A stretch of 64,000 nucleotides of DNA from Candidatus Entotheonellaceae bacterium (GTDB lineage Bacteria; Tectomicrobia; Entotheonellia; Entotheonellales; Entotheonellaceae). Under the pieces are notes generated by a model. That model was not told the DNA's origin. It saw nothing but the letters and a program-made list of their open reading frames with translations, and did not search any database. The stretch covers positions 1,888,001 to 1,952,000 of the forward strand of contig OZ250173.1 in NCBI GenBank assembly GCA_965238075.1, given 5' to 3'. Shown here one piece after another: positions 31,585-41,502 of the stretch. The translations under genes and the position numbers were made by a program. The first letter of the stretch is position 1, and every line of letters begins with the position of its first letter.

Positions 31585-32736
31585 TCAACAACCCATCAGG
31601 GTCTCCGCGACCAGCATATCGACGACGCGCTTCAGCGCCTCGTGTTCATCGGCGCCCTCGGCAACGGCTTTGTGGAACGTGTCCAACTGCCAGTGGGCGC
31701 TCGTCCCCCGCGCCACGATGGTGCGGGCGTGCTCGATTTCAGCCACGCAGTCGAAATGCTCGGCGTCTTCCCGAACAAACTCGATGATCTCGTCGATGAG
31801 ATCGGGGTACGGCACCACCTCGCCGCGCCCGAAGTCGATCAGCCCCTCATCCATGCCGAAGCGGTGCGCGCGCCAGCGGTTCTCTTCGATGAGCAGCCGC
31901 GGGTAGCGCCGCCAGCGCTGGTTACTGCGCCGCAGGCGGTACAGCAGCCGCAGCCAGCAGCGATACAGCGCCGCGATGCAAACGGCGTCCTCGACGCGGG
32001 TGCACAGGTCCGGGATGCGCATTTCGAGGGTCGGGAAGCGCCCGCTGGGCCGCACGTCCCACCACAGCTCGGTGCTGTCGCGGATAATGCCGCAGCGCAC
32101 CAGCACACCGACGTGGCGTTGAAATTCGCCGTAACTTTCAAACAACTCCGGCAGCCCGGTGCGCGGCAATTCGTCCCACACCGCGAGGCGGTACGACTTC
32201 AGCCCGGTGTCGCGTCCCTGCCAGAACGGCGATGAGGTGCTGAGGGCGAGAAAGTGGGGCAGCACGTAGCTCACCTGGCCGATGAAATCGTTCCGCATCT
32301 CGTCGCCGTCGAGGCCAACGTGCACGTGCATGCCGCTGATCAGCAGGCGCCGCGCCACCTCCTGCATTTGCGCGGTGAGGCTGTCGTAGCGTTCCTTGCG
32401 GGTGCGCTGAATCTCCAGCGGCTGCGCGAACGGGTGGGTGGAGGCGGCGATGATCTCGAAGCCGTACTCGCGTACCACGTCCGAGACACCGCGGCGCAGG
32501 CGCACGAGCTCGGCCCGTCCCTCCTGCACGGTGCCGCAGACGCGCGTGCCGATCTCGATCTGGCACTGCATGAGTTCGGTGGTGACCTGCTCGCCGAGCC
32601 GCTCGCTGCACTTCTGCATCATGTCCGGCGGGGCTTCGTGAATGAGGTCGCGCGTCTCGCGGTCGACGACGAGATACTCCTCTTCGATGCCCATGGTGAA
32701 TGGGAGGTCCGGGTAGGGTGCGGACTTACTGCTCAT
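31585..32736 (-). CDS. Carboxylate-amine ligase (YbdK/GCS2 family)
   Basis: TMGIEEEY, QIEIGT, GMHVHVG, SSPFW, WWDVRP, LEMRIPD. Confidence 0.92.
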   Translation of the reverse strand: MSSKSAPYPDLPFTMGIEEEYLVVDRETRDLIHEAPPDMMQKCSERLGEQVTTELMQCQIEIGTRVCGTVQEGRAELVRLRRGVSDVVREYGFEIIAASTHPFAQPLEIQRTRKERYDSLTAQMQEVARRLLISGMHVHVGLDGDEMRNDFIGQVSYVLPHFLALSTSSPFWQGRDTGLKSYRLAVWDELPRTGLPELFESYGEFQRHVGVLVRCGIIRDSTELWWDVRPSGRFPTLEMRIPDLCTRVEDAVCIAALYRCWLRLLYRLRRSNQRWRRYPRLLIEENRWRAHRFGMDEGLIDFGRGEVVPYPDLIDEIIEFVREDAEHFDCVAEIEHARTIVARGTSAHWQLDTFHKAVAEGADEHEALKRVVDMLVAETLMGC

Positions 32737-32752
32737 CCGATGTCTCCCTGGA

Positions 32753-33934
32753 TCACGCCGCGCTAACGATGTCTTGGGCGATCAGTGCGTCGATCTGCGC
32801 CGCGTCGTAGCCGTGCTCGCGGAGGATGGCCGCCGTGTGCTCGCCGAGGTGCGGGGCGTGCAGCGGGTTGTCGGGATCGTAGGGGCCGACGCCGGCCGTG
32901 TTGGCCAGGGGCATGGTGCCGATGTCGGGATGCTCGAACCACGTCAGGGCGCCGCTGTCGGCGGCCTGCGGGTGCGCCATGAAATCGCTGTACGTGTTGA
33001 TTCGCTCGTGCAGCAGCCCCCCGGCCGCCAAGCGCTCGCACCAGGTGTCGGATGACTGCCGGGCGATGGCTTCGCGGATGACCGGCTCCAGCGTGGCGCG
33101 CCGCTCCTCGCGCTGCACCACCGTCTTGTAGTCCGGGTGATCGCGGAACTCGGCCAGGCCGAGGATGTCGCACAGAACGGGGAAGTTGTGGTCGTGCAGG
33201 CAGATGACGTTGATAAAGCCGTCGGTGGTGGCAAAAATACCGGTCGGGTAGATGCCCAGCGGGCGCTCCGAGCCGAGCAGGTGCTCGCTGGCCAGGCTCA
33301 TGTTGTAAAGCGACGCCGCGCCGCGCAGCAGGCTGTTATCGATATGGCATCCCTCGCCCGCGGTCTGCCGCGCCCACAGGGCGGCTTGCATGGCTTGCAG
33401 GTTATACAGCGACGTGGCCAGATCGATGATCGGCACCCCGGCGCGGTGCGGGATGTTGTCGGGGCCGCGGTTGACCGACATGAAGCCCGAAAATGCCTGC
33501 AGCACGCCGTCGGTGGCGGGGCGCTCGCGCAGCGGCCCTTCCTGCCCGAAGCCGGACACCGACAGGTAGATGACGCGCGGGTTGAGGTCGGCAACCACTT
33601 TGTAGCCGAGCCCGAGGCGCTCGATGACGCCGGGCCGGAAGCCCTCCATGAAGATGTCCGCCTCGGCTGCGAGCTGGCGCACGATCGCCACGCCCTGGGT
33701 GGTTTTCAGGTCCACCACGATGCTGCGCTTGCCGAGGTTGGCGATGACGAACGAGGGCGTCATGTCGCCGAACGGCCCGTCCTTGCCCTTGGGGCGCATC
33801 CAGTCGCCGCGCTGCGGTTCGACCTTGATCACGTCGGCTCCCTGCTGAGACAGCAGTGCCGAGGCGTAGGGGCCGGCAATGCCCTGGCTCAGGTCGAGCA
33901 CCTTGACGCCGGCGTATGGCTTGGCATAGCTCAC
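32753..33934 (-). CDS. CaiB/BaiF family III CoA-transferase
   Basis: KVLDLSQGIAGP, NLGKRS, FRPGV, APHLGEHT; GTG start. Confidence 0.9.
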   Translation of the reverse strand: MSYAKPYAGVKVLDLSQGIAGPYASALLSQQGADVIKVEPQRGDWMRPKGKDGPFGDMTPSFVIANLGKRSIVVDLKTTQGVAIVRQLAAEADIFMEGFRPGVIERLGLGYKVVADLNPRVIYLSVSGFGQEGPLRERPATDGVLQAFSGFMSVNRGPDNIPHRAGVPIIDLATSLYNLQAMQAALWARQTAGEGCHIDNSLLRGAASLYNMSLASEHLLGSERPLGIYPTGIFATTDGFINVICLHDHNFPVLCDILGLAEFRDHPDYKTVVQREERRATLEPVIREAIARQSSDTWCERLAAGGLLHERINTYSDFMAHPQAADSGALTWFEHPDIGTMPLANTAGVGPYDPDNPLHAPHLGEHTAAILREHGYDAAQIDALIAQDIVSAA

Positions 33935-33944
33935 GGGTTCCTCC

Positions 33945-34901
33945 TTACGACGCCACCTGCGGCAGGATGTCGGCGCAGCGCTCGAGCTGGCCGATCTGAT
34001 CCGGGCAGGCGAAGCGGATGACGATGGTTTGCGCGCCGGCCGCAACAAAGTCCCTCAGCCAAGTGATGCAGGTATCGGGCGTGCCGTAGCAGAAGCTCAT
34101 CATGCGGCCAATCACGTCGTAGGGGGCGTTGTAATAGCCCTCGGCGAACGCCTTCGTTTCCCGCTCGGCCTGGGCTGCGTCGTCGTTGATGTTGAGGGTG
34201 GTATACACGCAGCGGTGCAGTTCCTGGGGGTCGCGTCCGGCCTCGCGGGCGAAGCCGTCCAGTTGCTGCGATTGCTCGGCGAATATCTGCGGCGACAAGG
34301 GATTGGGGTACCAGCCGTCGCCGAGGCGCGCCACGCGGCGCAGGGCGTTATCGACCGAGCCGGCGATCCACATCGGGATGCCGGAGGCGTTGTACGGGCG
34401 CAGGCCGAGGCTGACGTCTTGCAACTGGAAATGGCGCCCGTTGAAGGTGACGCTGGGCTCGCGCCACAGGCGGCGCATGAGGGTCACGGTTTCCTCGAAA
34501 ATGCCCAGGCGGTGGTCGATGGAGACGCCGCAGGCCGCGAACTCGGCGCGCACCGCGGGCATCTTGGCGGCAATGCCGAGGCCGAGGATGAGACGGCCCT
34601 CGCTGAGCAGATCGAGGTTGGCGGCCTCGTTGGCCATGACGACCGGATGGCGCAGCGCCGGCAGCAGCACCGCAGTGCCCACTTTGACGCGCCGGGCGCG
34701 GGCGGCGACGGCCGCCAGGGTGGTGAAGGCTTCCAGGCGCGGCCGCGCGAGGATGCTGTCGCCCGCCCAAACCGAGTCGAAGTTCAGCGCTTCGGCGCGT
34801 TCGGCCAGGTCGATGATCCCGCTCACGTCGGGGGTTGACTGGTTCATGACGAGCTCGCGGGTCGGCAGCAGAAAGCCGTAGGAAACCGCAGAATCGGGCA
34901 T
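33945..34901 (-). CDS. LLM-class flavin-dependent oxidoreductase
   Basis: FDSVWAGDS, LRHPVVMA..LDLLSEGRLILGLG, ARLGDGW. Confidence 0.9.
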   Translation of the reverse strand: MPDSAVSYGFLLPTRELVMNQSTPDVSGIIDLAERAEALNFDSVWAGDSILARPRLEAFTTLAAVAARARRVKVGTAVLLPALRHPVVMANEAANLDLLSEGRLILGLGIAAKMPAVRAEFAACGVSIDHRLGIFEETVTLMRRLWREPSVTFNGRHFQLQDVSLGLRPYNASGIPMWIAGSVDNALRRVARLGDGWYPNPLSPQIFAEQSQQLDGFAREAGRDPQELHRCVYTTLNINDDAAQAERETKAFAEGYYNAPYDVIGRMMSFCYGTPDTCITWLRDFVAAGAQTIVIRFACPDQIGQLERCADILPQVAS

Positions 34902-35132
34902 TCTGAAAAACTCCTTTTGGGCCATTTATGTGGAGAGGGTGGTGCCGTAGAACGGGCGCGCATCGTAGCAGATTGTCCGCAGCGCCTCCACCGCGTGCTG
35001 CCGGGAACGACGGTGAGGGGGAAAGCCGCAGTGAGACACGACCCGCTGACGGCGCCCGGCTATCGACAGGACCGGGCCCTGTGATACCATTCCCGCCGAC
35101 GCCATCGCACAACCTCTCACCCAGGAATTCTT

Positions 35133-36116
35133 ATGAATACCAATCGTTCTGCCGTATGGGCCTTGGCCGGCGTTGCCGTGGGATTCGGCCTGCCGATTGT
35201 GGCGCTTATCGGCCTCATTCTCGCGGTGGGACTCGGCGCCGCGCAACTCACCGGCGGCGCCATGCCGTCTGCCGCCCGCTACACACAGATTTCCGGGCCG
35301 GAAAGCGGGCCGGCGATAGCGGTGCTCGACGTTGCCGGACCCATCGTCAGCGGCAGCAGGTCGTCGTTTGAAACCCGCGCCGTAGCGGCCTCGGGCGACC
35401 TCGTGCCGCTGATCCGCCGCGCCGCGCGCAACCCGGACGTCGCCGTGCTGGTGCTGCGCCTCAACAGCCCCGGCGGCTCGGTCGTGGGCTCGGACGAAAT
35501 CTACCACGCCCTGCGCGAGACGCAGAAGCCCGTGGTGGCGTTCCTGCAGGAGGTGGCCGCTTCCGGGGCGTACTACATCAGCATGGCCGCCGGGCACATC
35601 GTTGCCAACCCGAACTCGCTCACCGGCTCGATCGGCGTCATCGGCCAGTTTCCCAACGCCGAGGCGCTGATGGAAAAGATCGGCGTGCAGGTCACCACCA
35701 TCAAATCCGGCAAATCCAAGGACATCGGTAACCCGTTCCGGGCCATGAGTGACGAGGAGCAGGGCATTTTTCAGGACATCGTGGACGAGACCTACGCGCG
35801 CTTCGTGGACATTGTGGCGCGCGGCCGCAACCTGCCGGAGGACGAGGTGCGCGAGTTGGCCGACGGCCGCATCTATACCGGCCAGAAGGCCCTGGAACTG
35901 GGCCTGGTGGACGCCCTCGGCTACCAGCAGGACGCCATCGACGCCGCTGCCCGGCTGGGCAACATTGACGGCGAGCCGCGCGTGTTACATTACCGCCGGC
36001 GGGGCGGCTTCCTTGACCTGATCGGCGCCAGCGGCTGGATCGCCGGCGCGGCGTCGCCGCGACGCTGGCTCAGACGCCTAATGGCGCCGTCCTTGGAATA
36101 CCGCTGGGAGCCGTGA
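35133..36116 (+). CDS. sppA: Signal peptide peptidase SppA (S49)
   Basis: LNSPGGSV, AASGAYYIS, GSIGVI, ADGRIYTG. Confidence 0.9.
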   Translation: MNTNRSAVWALAGVAVGFGLPIVALIGLILAVGLGAAQLTGGAMPSAARYTQISGPESGPAIAVLDVAGPIVSGSRSSFETRAVAASGDLVPLIRRAARNPDVAVLVLRLNSPGGSVVGSDEIYHALRETQKPVVAFLQEVAASGAYYISMAAGHIVANPNSLTGSIGVIGQFPNAEALMEKIGVQVTTIKSGKSKDIGNPFRAMSDEEQGIFQDIVDETYARFVDIVARGRNLPEDEVRELADGRIYTGQKALELGLVDALGYQQDAIDAAARLGNIDGEPRVLHYRRRGGFLDLIGASGWIAGAASPRRWLRRLMAPSLEYRWEP

Positions 36117-36183
36117 GCTTCGCAAACGCGATCCGATGTCTTCCCTTCGATAAACGTACCCGAGCCCCATTAGGAGACAGCCC

Positions 36184-37557
36184 ATGACGGCCAGCAGCAA
36201 GCACGACATGACGATTGAGCAGGAGTACGCGGCGCGCTTTCCGCAGTCGCAGCAGTTGCACCGCGAGGCGGCGGCGCACCTGCCCGGCGGCGTCACGCAC
36301 ATGGCGCGGTCGTTCGAGCCGTTTCCGATCTACGTCGACCGCTGCGTCGGGCCGTACAAGTGGGACGTGGACGGCAACCGCTACATCGACTACTGGACCG
36401 GCCACGGCGCCATGCTGCTGGGGCACGCCCACCCCGCAGTGGTCGAGGCGATCCAGGAGCAGGCGGCCAAGGGCACGCACGCCGGGGGCAGCACGCGGCG
36501 CGAGATCGAGTGGGCGCAACTGATCATGGATATGGTGCCGTGCGCCGAGTCGGTGAAATTCACCAGCTCCGGCACCGAGGCGACCCTGCTGGCCCTGCGC
36601 GCGGCGCGGGCGGCAACCGGCAAGAGCAAGATCATCAAATTCGAGGGGCATTTTCACGGCTGGCACGACTACGTGGCTTGCGGCGTCGTGGAGCCGTTTG
36701 ACGTGCCGCTGTCGGCCGGCATCCCGGAGGCGGTGCAGGACACGGTCATCTTGGTGCCGTTCAACGATCCCGACGCCTTGAACGCGGCGCTGGACACCTC
36801 GGACGACATCGCCGCGGTGATCGCCGAGCCGGGCGGCTCTTACGACGACACGGTGCCGTCCAACCCGGCCTTTCTCGCCCATCTGCGGGCCGAGACGGCG
36901 CGCCGCGGCGTGGTGCTGATTTTCGATGAGGTGGTGACAGGCTTTCGCTACGCAGTCGGCGGTGCGCAGGAGTATTTCGATATCATGCCGGACATGACGA
37001 CGTTGGCCAAGGTGATGGCCGGCGGGCTGAACGGCGGCGCAGTGGTCGGACGGCGGGACATCATGGCGGTGTTCGAGCCCACGGCGGATGCGCATTGGAA
37101 CCGTTACCAGATGGTGCCGCATCCGGGGACCTTCAACGCCAATCCGCTTTCCGCCGCGGCCGGCGTTGCGGCCCTCCAGATCATCGCCAGCGGCGCGCCC
37201 ACCAATCACGCTCAGGAAATGATGGACCTGATGAAGCGCGGCTTCAACGAGGTGCTCACCCGCCGCGGCGTGCCGGGTTGTGCCTACGGGCGCGCCTCGA
37301 TCTTCAAGACGTACATCGGCGCCGCGGCGCCGCGCCTCACCCGCCTCGATTTCAGCAACCTCAAGGACGACACCGCCACCCTGCTGCGCGGCACGCCCCT
37401 CACCCCCCTGCTGCGCAAGGGCATGCTGCTCAACGGCGTCGATATGATGCGCGCCGCCGGCTTCCTCTCAGCCGCCCATACCCCCGAAATCGTTGAGGAA
37501 ACGGTGCAGGCGTTTGATCGCACCCTGGCCCGCATGCAGGCGGAGGGCGCGGTGTAG
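36184..37557 (+). CDS. Class III PLP aminotransferase (GSA aminomutase-like)
   Basis: WDVDGNRYID, SGTEA, FEGHFHG, LIFDEVVTGFR, TTLAK. Confidence 0.88.
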   Translation: MTASSKHDMTIEQEYAARFPQSQQLHREAAAHLPGGVTHMARSFEPFPIYVDRCVGPYKWDVDGNRYIDYWTGHGAMLLGHAHPAVVEAIQEQAAKGTHAGGSTRREIEWAQLIMDMVPCAESVKFTSSGTEATLLALRAARAATGKSKIIKFEGHFHGWHDYVACGVVEPFDVPLSAGIPEAVQDTVILVPFNDPDALNAALDTSDDIAAVIAEPGGSYDDTVPSNPAFLAHLRAETARRGVVLIFDEVVTGFRYAVGGAQEYFDIMPDMTTLAKVMAGGLNGGAVVGRRDIMAVFEPTADAHWNRYQMVPHPGTFNANPLSAAAGVAALQIIASGAPTNHAQEMMDLMKRGFNEVLTRRGVPGCAYGRASIFKTYIGAAAPRLTRLDFSNLKDDTATLLRGTPLTPLLRKGMLLNGVDMMRAAGFLSAAHTPEIVEETVQAFDRTLARMQAEGAV

Positions 37558-37563
37558 GCCGGG

Positions 37564-37680
37564 TTGGCGTTGCGCAAGCCGCCGCATCCCGGCGGGATCG
37601 TGAAACGACAATGCTTAGAACCCTTGGGCCTGTCCGTAACGCGGGCTGCCGAGGGGTTGGGCGTGGCACAGCAAACGCTA
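37564..37680 (+). pseudogene. HigA antitoxin N-terminal fragment
   Basis: [29 protein letters not shown], same peptide as the gene at 61629. Confidence 0.8.
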
Positions 37681-37873
37681 ACCCATTGCCCAACGCCCCT
37701 TTCCCCGCTTCTCAATACTTGAGGGCAATCTGAGCGGACGCCCAGCGGGTGTCTTGGCCTTTGAACACGTCGCCGCCGTCATATAGGCGTAGCCGAAAAA
37801 AGCGACCAATGGTCGCCAATGCGGTAGCTCACCACCACGTCCGCTTCCATTCGCGAATAAGCCGAAAACCCCT

Positions 37874-38737
37874 TCAACCGACCCCGTGGCTGCTGCCGTA
37901 CCCGTTGCTGGACAACGGCTGCCAGCTCGCCAGATGCTCTGCCCGCGGGCGGTGGATTTCGATGCGCAGCGGATGGCACGTCGAAGCGTCGCTGGAGTGG
38001 CCGGTACCGCAATCGCCGCCCGGACAGCTGGACAGCGCCGCCAGCAGATCGATTTCGGCGAACAGCTCGATGAAATCCCCCGCCCGCGAAGGGCTCGCCT
38101 TCATGAAGTACTGGTTCGTGTCGCGCGTGTAGCCGGTACACATGAAGACATTGACCACGTCGTGCACATGCGTTTCGGCCTCGGCGAGCGGCAGGTTCCT
38201 CGCCGCGGCCAGGGCTCGAGTGAGATTCGAATGGCAGCAATAATGGTAGTTGCCGCCCGTCAGCAGAAAATTCGTGTAGGGATCGCAGCGGGTGCCGATG
38301 ACGTCATGCACGCCGGCGCCGAACTCGTCGATGCCGTACCAGTCCAGGGTATCGTGGGTGATGGTCGCCATCGGGCGCAGCCATGGAAAGGTGCTCCACA
38401 GCCGGTCACCGGTGCTGACGTGGGTCGCGTGCAGGGCACGGGTCTTGCCGCTGTAGAACCGCTCGCGGAGGTCGGAGGCGTTCCACAGGTTCAGGTCGCC
38501 GACCTGCGAGCCTTCGGCGGTGATGATGCGAAACAGATGTCCGGCCGGGACCTCGAATGCCCGTGCATCGCGAGGCGGCACGGTCAACTCCTGCACCAGG
38601 GTGAGGTCGCTTCGAACCGTCTCGTAGAACGTCCGATCGAACGGTGGAAGTCTGTCCAGGGTGTAGACCGTCACGGGTTCGATCGCCCGCCGAGCAGCCG
38701 CGTCGGCAGGTTCGGGATTCTGCGCTGCAATTGCCAT
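37874..38737 (-). CDS. DUF1989 / urea carboxylase-associated family protein
   Basis: QVGDLNLW, HDVIGTRCDPY, CCHSNL, NVFMC, SSCPGGDC. Confidence 0.85.
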   Translation of the reverse strand: MAIAAQNPEPADAAARRAIEPVTVYTLDRLPPFDRTFYETVRSDLTLVQELTVPPRDARAFEVPAGHLFRIITAEGSQVGDLNLWNASDLRERFYSGKTRALHATHVSTGDRLWSTFPWLRPMATITHDTLDWYGIDEFGAGVHDVIGTRCDPYTNFLLTGGNYHYCCHSNLTRALAAARNLPLAEAETHVHDVVNVFMCTGYTRDTNQYFMKASPSRAGDFIELFAEIDLLAALSSCPGGDCGTGHSSDASTCHPLRIEIHRPRAEHLASWQPLSSNGYGSSHGVG

Positions 38738-38822
38738 GGTTTGCTCCGGTTACTCGATGTGGCACGCCCGGGGGCCACGAGGAAGAGTAGCGCTACGGCG
38801 TGCTCCGACCGCTACCACTGCG

Positions 38823-38973
38823 AGGGGAGTACCAAAAAGCGTGGGACATTCAGGGGCGCACGGTTCAGGTTCGGACGCTCTGTCCCAGATACCTTCGGTC
38901 CTTGGTGCCGCGGCTCGAATTTCTCTTACCCACACAGATCCGTACTCCCGCCCCCACTTTTTGGTACTCTCCT
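38823..38973. mobile_element. Putative MITE (151 bp)
   Basis: 17-bp terminal inverted repeats AGGGGAGTACCAAAAAG / CTTTTTGGTACTCTCCT (1 mismatch), no internal gene. Confidence 0.65.
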
Positions 38974-39039
38974 ATGACCTGAGATTGACCCAGGACTTCC
39001 TGGGGCATCGCGACCCCACACCCGCCAAGAAAGCAAGAG

Positions 39040-39221
39040 GTACAGGACATGTCGAGAACACTGATTTCCTCGTTTCCGACCGCGGCCTGGTTCCCCGAGC
39101 GCTGGCGTGTGTCGGCAGCTATTTGCGCGACATTCGTCCTGCGGCGACGATGATGGTAGCAGGCTTGATCGAAGAGGAGATGAAGATCGAGATCGAGTTG
39201 ACGGCACTTCGCCAAAGTTGA
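39040..39221 (+). pseudogene. RidA-family C-terminal fragment
   Basis: DIRPAATMMVAGLIEEEMKIEIELTA; no N-terminus. Confidence 0.65.
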
Positions 39222-39318
39222 CCTGTCCCAACCCGAGGCCATCTGGCCCAAGACGAGCCGGCAACGTAAGTCCAAGTATTTGCCATGTCGGGTACAAACC
39301 AAGCTGAGGACAAAGGCA

Positions 39319-40143
39319 ATGAGATTCTTGAAGAATGTGGGTAAGCACGGGCTGCTGGGACTGTGCATCGTCATCGGGGTCATCGTTTGCAGCAACACGA
39401 GCGGCATGTCTCAGGGTGATGCCGAGGGCGGCGCGACAGCATCGGCTATGGAATCAATGCCAATCGGATGCAGCCGCGGACACGACATCAGGCCCGGAGA
39501 TGCCTGCGCATGGACGCTCGAGGGAGATGAGGTCGAGATTCATGCCGCGATGGACGGCTGCGCTCAGGTGAGCTTGAGGAAGGTTGGGCAATCCGATCCC
39601 GAGCCTGGACCTCGGCTGTGCCCGGGAGGCTCGGACTATTCCAAGCGCGGTCTTTCTGAAGCGCACGCCGGCGAGACGATTGTCGCGTCAGCCATGGACG
39701 CACCGATGTGTGGGATGATCTCGATCTCAGGCCTCAGTGTCGACTTCAATGGTACCGATATCCACATATGGCCGGGACTGGACCTGAACCAACTGGTCGT
39801 GCACTGGAACGGCGCGCACTGGTCCGTGAAGGAGACGCCGAGCCAGGAATGGATCCATCCGAGGCGTGTTGTCGAAGTGCCTGCCTGCCAGCCCGGACAG
39901 CGCCTGAGATCGAATGACGTCTGTCGTTACGAAGGACACGTTGCCGTGATCGGCCGCCAAGGCAACCGGGTCGACGTGTGGGAAAATGGCAAGGATCAGC
40001 CGGAGAGGTGGGTGGTAGATCCGAATGGGTCCTGCTACGTCATGGCGTCCATGAGCGCTCGTTCCTTTTCATCGCTCGCGTTCGCGGGTCTCCGCCTGAT
40101 TTGGGATGACGCCGAAAGTACGTGGACAGTCGTCGCGCCGTGA
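39319..40143 (+). CDS. Secreted Cys-containing hypothetical protein with two internal repeats
   Basis: Signal-like N-terminus; CSRGHDIRPGDACAW and CQPGQRLRSNDVCRY. Confidence 0.65.
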   Translation: MRFLKNVGKHGLLGLCIVIGVIVCSNTSGMSQGDAEGGATASAMESMPIGCSRGHDIRPGDACAWTLEGDEVEIHAAMDGCAQVSLRKVGQSDPEPGPRLCPGGSDYSKRGLSEAHAGETIVASAMDAPMCGMISISGLSVDFNGTDIHIWPGLDLNQLVVHWNGAHWSVKETPSQEWIHPRRVVEVPACQPGQRLRSNDVCRYEGHVAVIGRQGNRVDVWENGKDQPERWVVDPNGSCYVMASMSARSFSSLAFAGLRLIWDDAESTWTVVAP

Positions 40144-40203
40144 TCGACCGGTTGGACAGGGCAAGCAGAGCGCGGAGTTGGCTAACAGTGCTGTTCCGCT
40201 GCC
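40144..40203. repeat. 60-bp dispersed repeat, copy 1
   Basis: Matches 50939-50998 with 2 mismatches. Confidence 0.9.
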
Positions 40204-40809
40204 GCAACGGGAGTCGCGAGCCCCGACCGCTCGATCTCGCCGTGACGCGGGCGAGGCTTCGGGGGCTACGGGCTGCGGCTTTCCTTGCGCTATGCCTTCT
40301 GAGACGAAGGACGGGACGGATAGAGATCGACCGGACGCTGTTCATGACGGCCTCCGGCCGCGATGTCGACTACCAGGGGCGTCATCGCAAGGTTTGTACC
40401 CAGAATTACCCTTCAGGGGGGGCAGTACGACGTGACAAGGGGCAAAAACGGCCCCCTGTGGGGAATGTCCGTCGACTTTGGCCCCAGGAATTCGGTCAGG
40501 TCTTCGCCTCCAGAGAGGCAACCCCGGCCTTTTGTCCCTGTCGTCCCAAATTCCCCCGCCTCACTCCGCCCGGGCAGCTTGTGAGGGCCTCCTGAGGGTC
40601 TGCGATCCGGACCGTGGTCAGCCCCGCTTTCAGCGCTTTGCGCCGCGGAATCTCCCACTTACACCCCACCCAGGGCCTGATAGTCGTCCTTTCAGGCCTT
40701 TTCCGTCCCACCCTTTTGAGGCAAGGTCTACGTCCTTATTAGGGGTGGAGATTTTGCGGTGGGACGCCGATCGCGACTGCCGTTTGGTCCAGCAACGGCG
40801 CGGATCCAA

Positions 40810-40838
40810 CTTTTACATAATGGGGCCTTATCAGAAGT
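40810..40838 (-). other. dif-like (Xer-type) site
   Basis: Minus strand ACTTCTGATAA-GGCCCCA-TTATGTAAAAG (7-bp spacer containing a homopolymer). Confidence 0.55.
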
Positions 40839-40917
40839 GAATTGAATCACGATCACGAAGCGTCGACCCGAGGGCACTCGTCTACGTAGAACTTCCGCCG
40901 GACCTGCCGGTTCCCCC

Positions 40918-41470
40918 TGACCGGCCCCCATGGAGTGGTCCAGCCCGAATGTTAGTTCATAGACAGTGTCGGCTCCAATGAATACCTGACAGGGCTTGTT
41001 AGAACACCCTGGATTGGCCACAGACCGTCAGGCTGCCGGGTTGCCCGCTCAGCCAACGCCGGCACCACCACTTCCGGCGCCGGCGATCGATAGCCAAGCG
41101 AGCCATGCGGCCTCACCCTGCTGTAGTGCCGACGTCAACTCTCAATCACGACCTGTGCCTCCCGCAACGTGTAGAAGATCTCACCATTCAGTAGCTCGTC
41201 ACGCAGCCGCGCATTGAAACTCTCCACATAGCCGTTCTCCCATGAACTGCCAGGCGCAATGTAGGCCGTCCTGGCACCCAGCGCGGCGATCCACTCTTGC
41301 ACGGCTTGGGCGATGAACTCCGGACCATTGTCGGAGTGGATGTACCCCGGCACACCCCGCAGCATGAACAACTCCGACAGCAGCTCGATGACGTCGACTG
41401 ACTTGAGCCGCCGCGCCACCGCATGGCAAGACATTCACGCGTGTACTCGTCAACCAAGTTGAGCACGGCA
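40918..41470 (-). mobile_element. IS3-family right-end fragment
   Basis: [44 protein letters not shown]; degenerate copy of 42424-42975. Confidence 0.88.
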
Positions 41471-41502
41471 ATGCCCGCTCCGGTCATCGACCAGGACGGC
41501 TT

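Noticed and set aside
36184-37557. hemL
   Set aside because: Family match only; divergent motifs and catabolic context, so no symbol given
37874-38737. cgdAB carboxyguanidine deiminase linked to the guanidine operon
   Set aside because: Single longer DUF1989 gene, no paired subunit or carboxylase, and 18 kb away
40144-40203. Integron attC site
   Set aside because: GGCTAAC has no complementary GTTRRRY box at attC distance, and there is no intI
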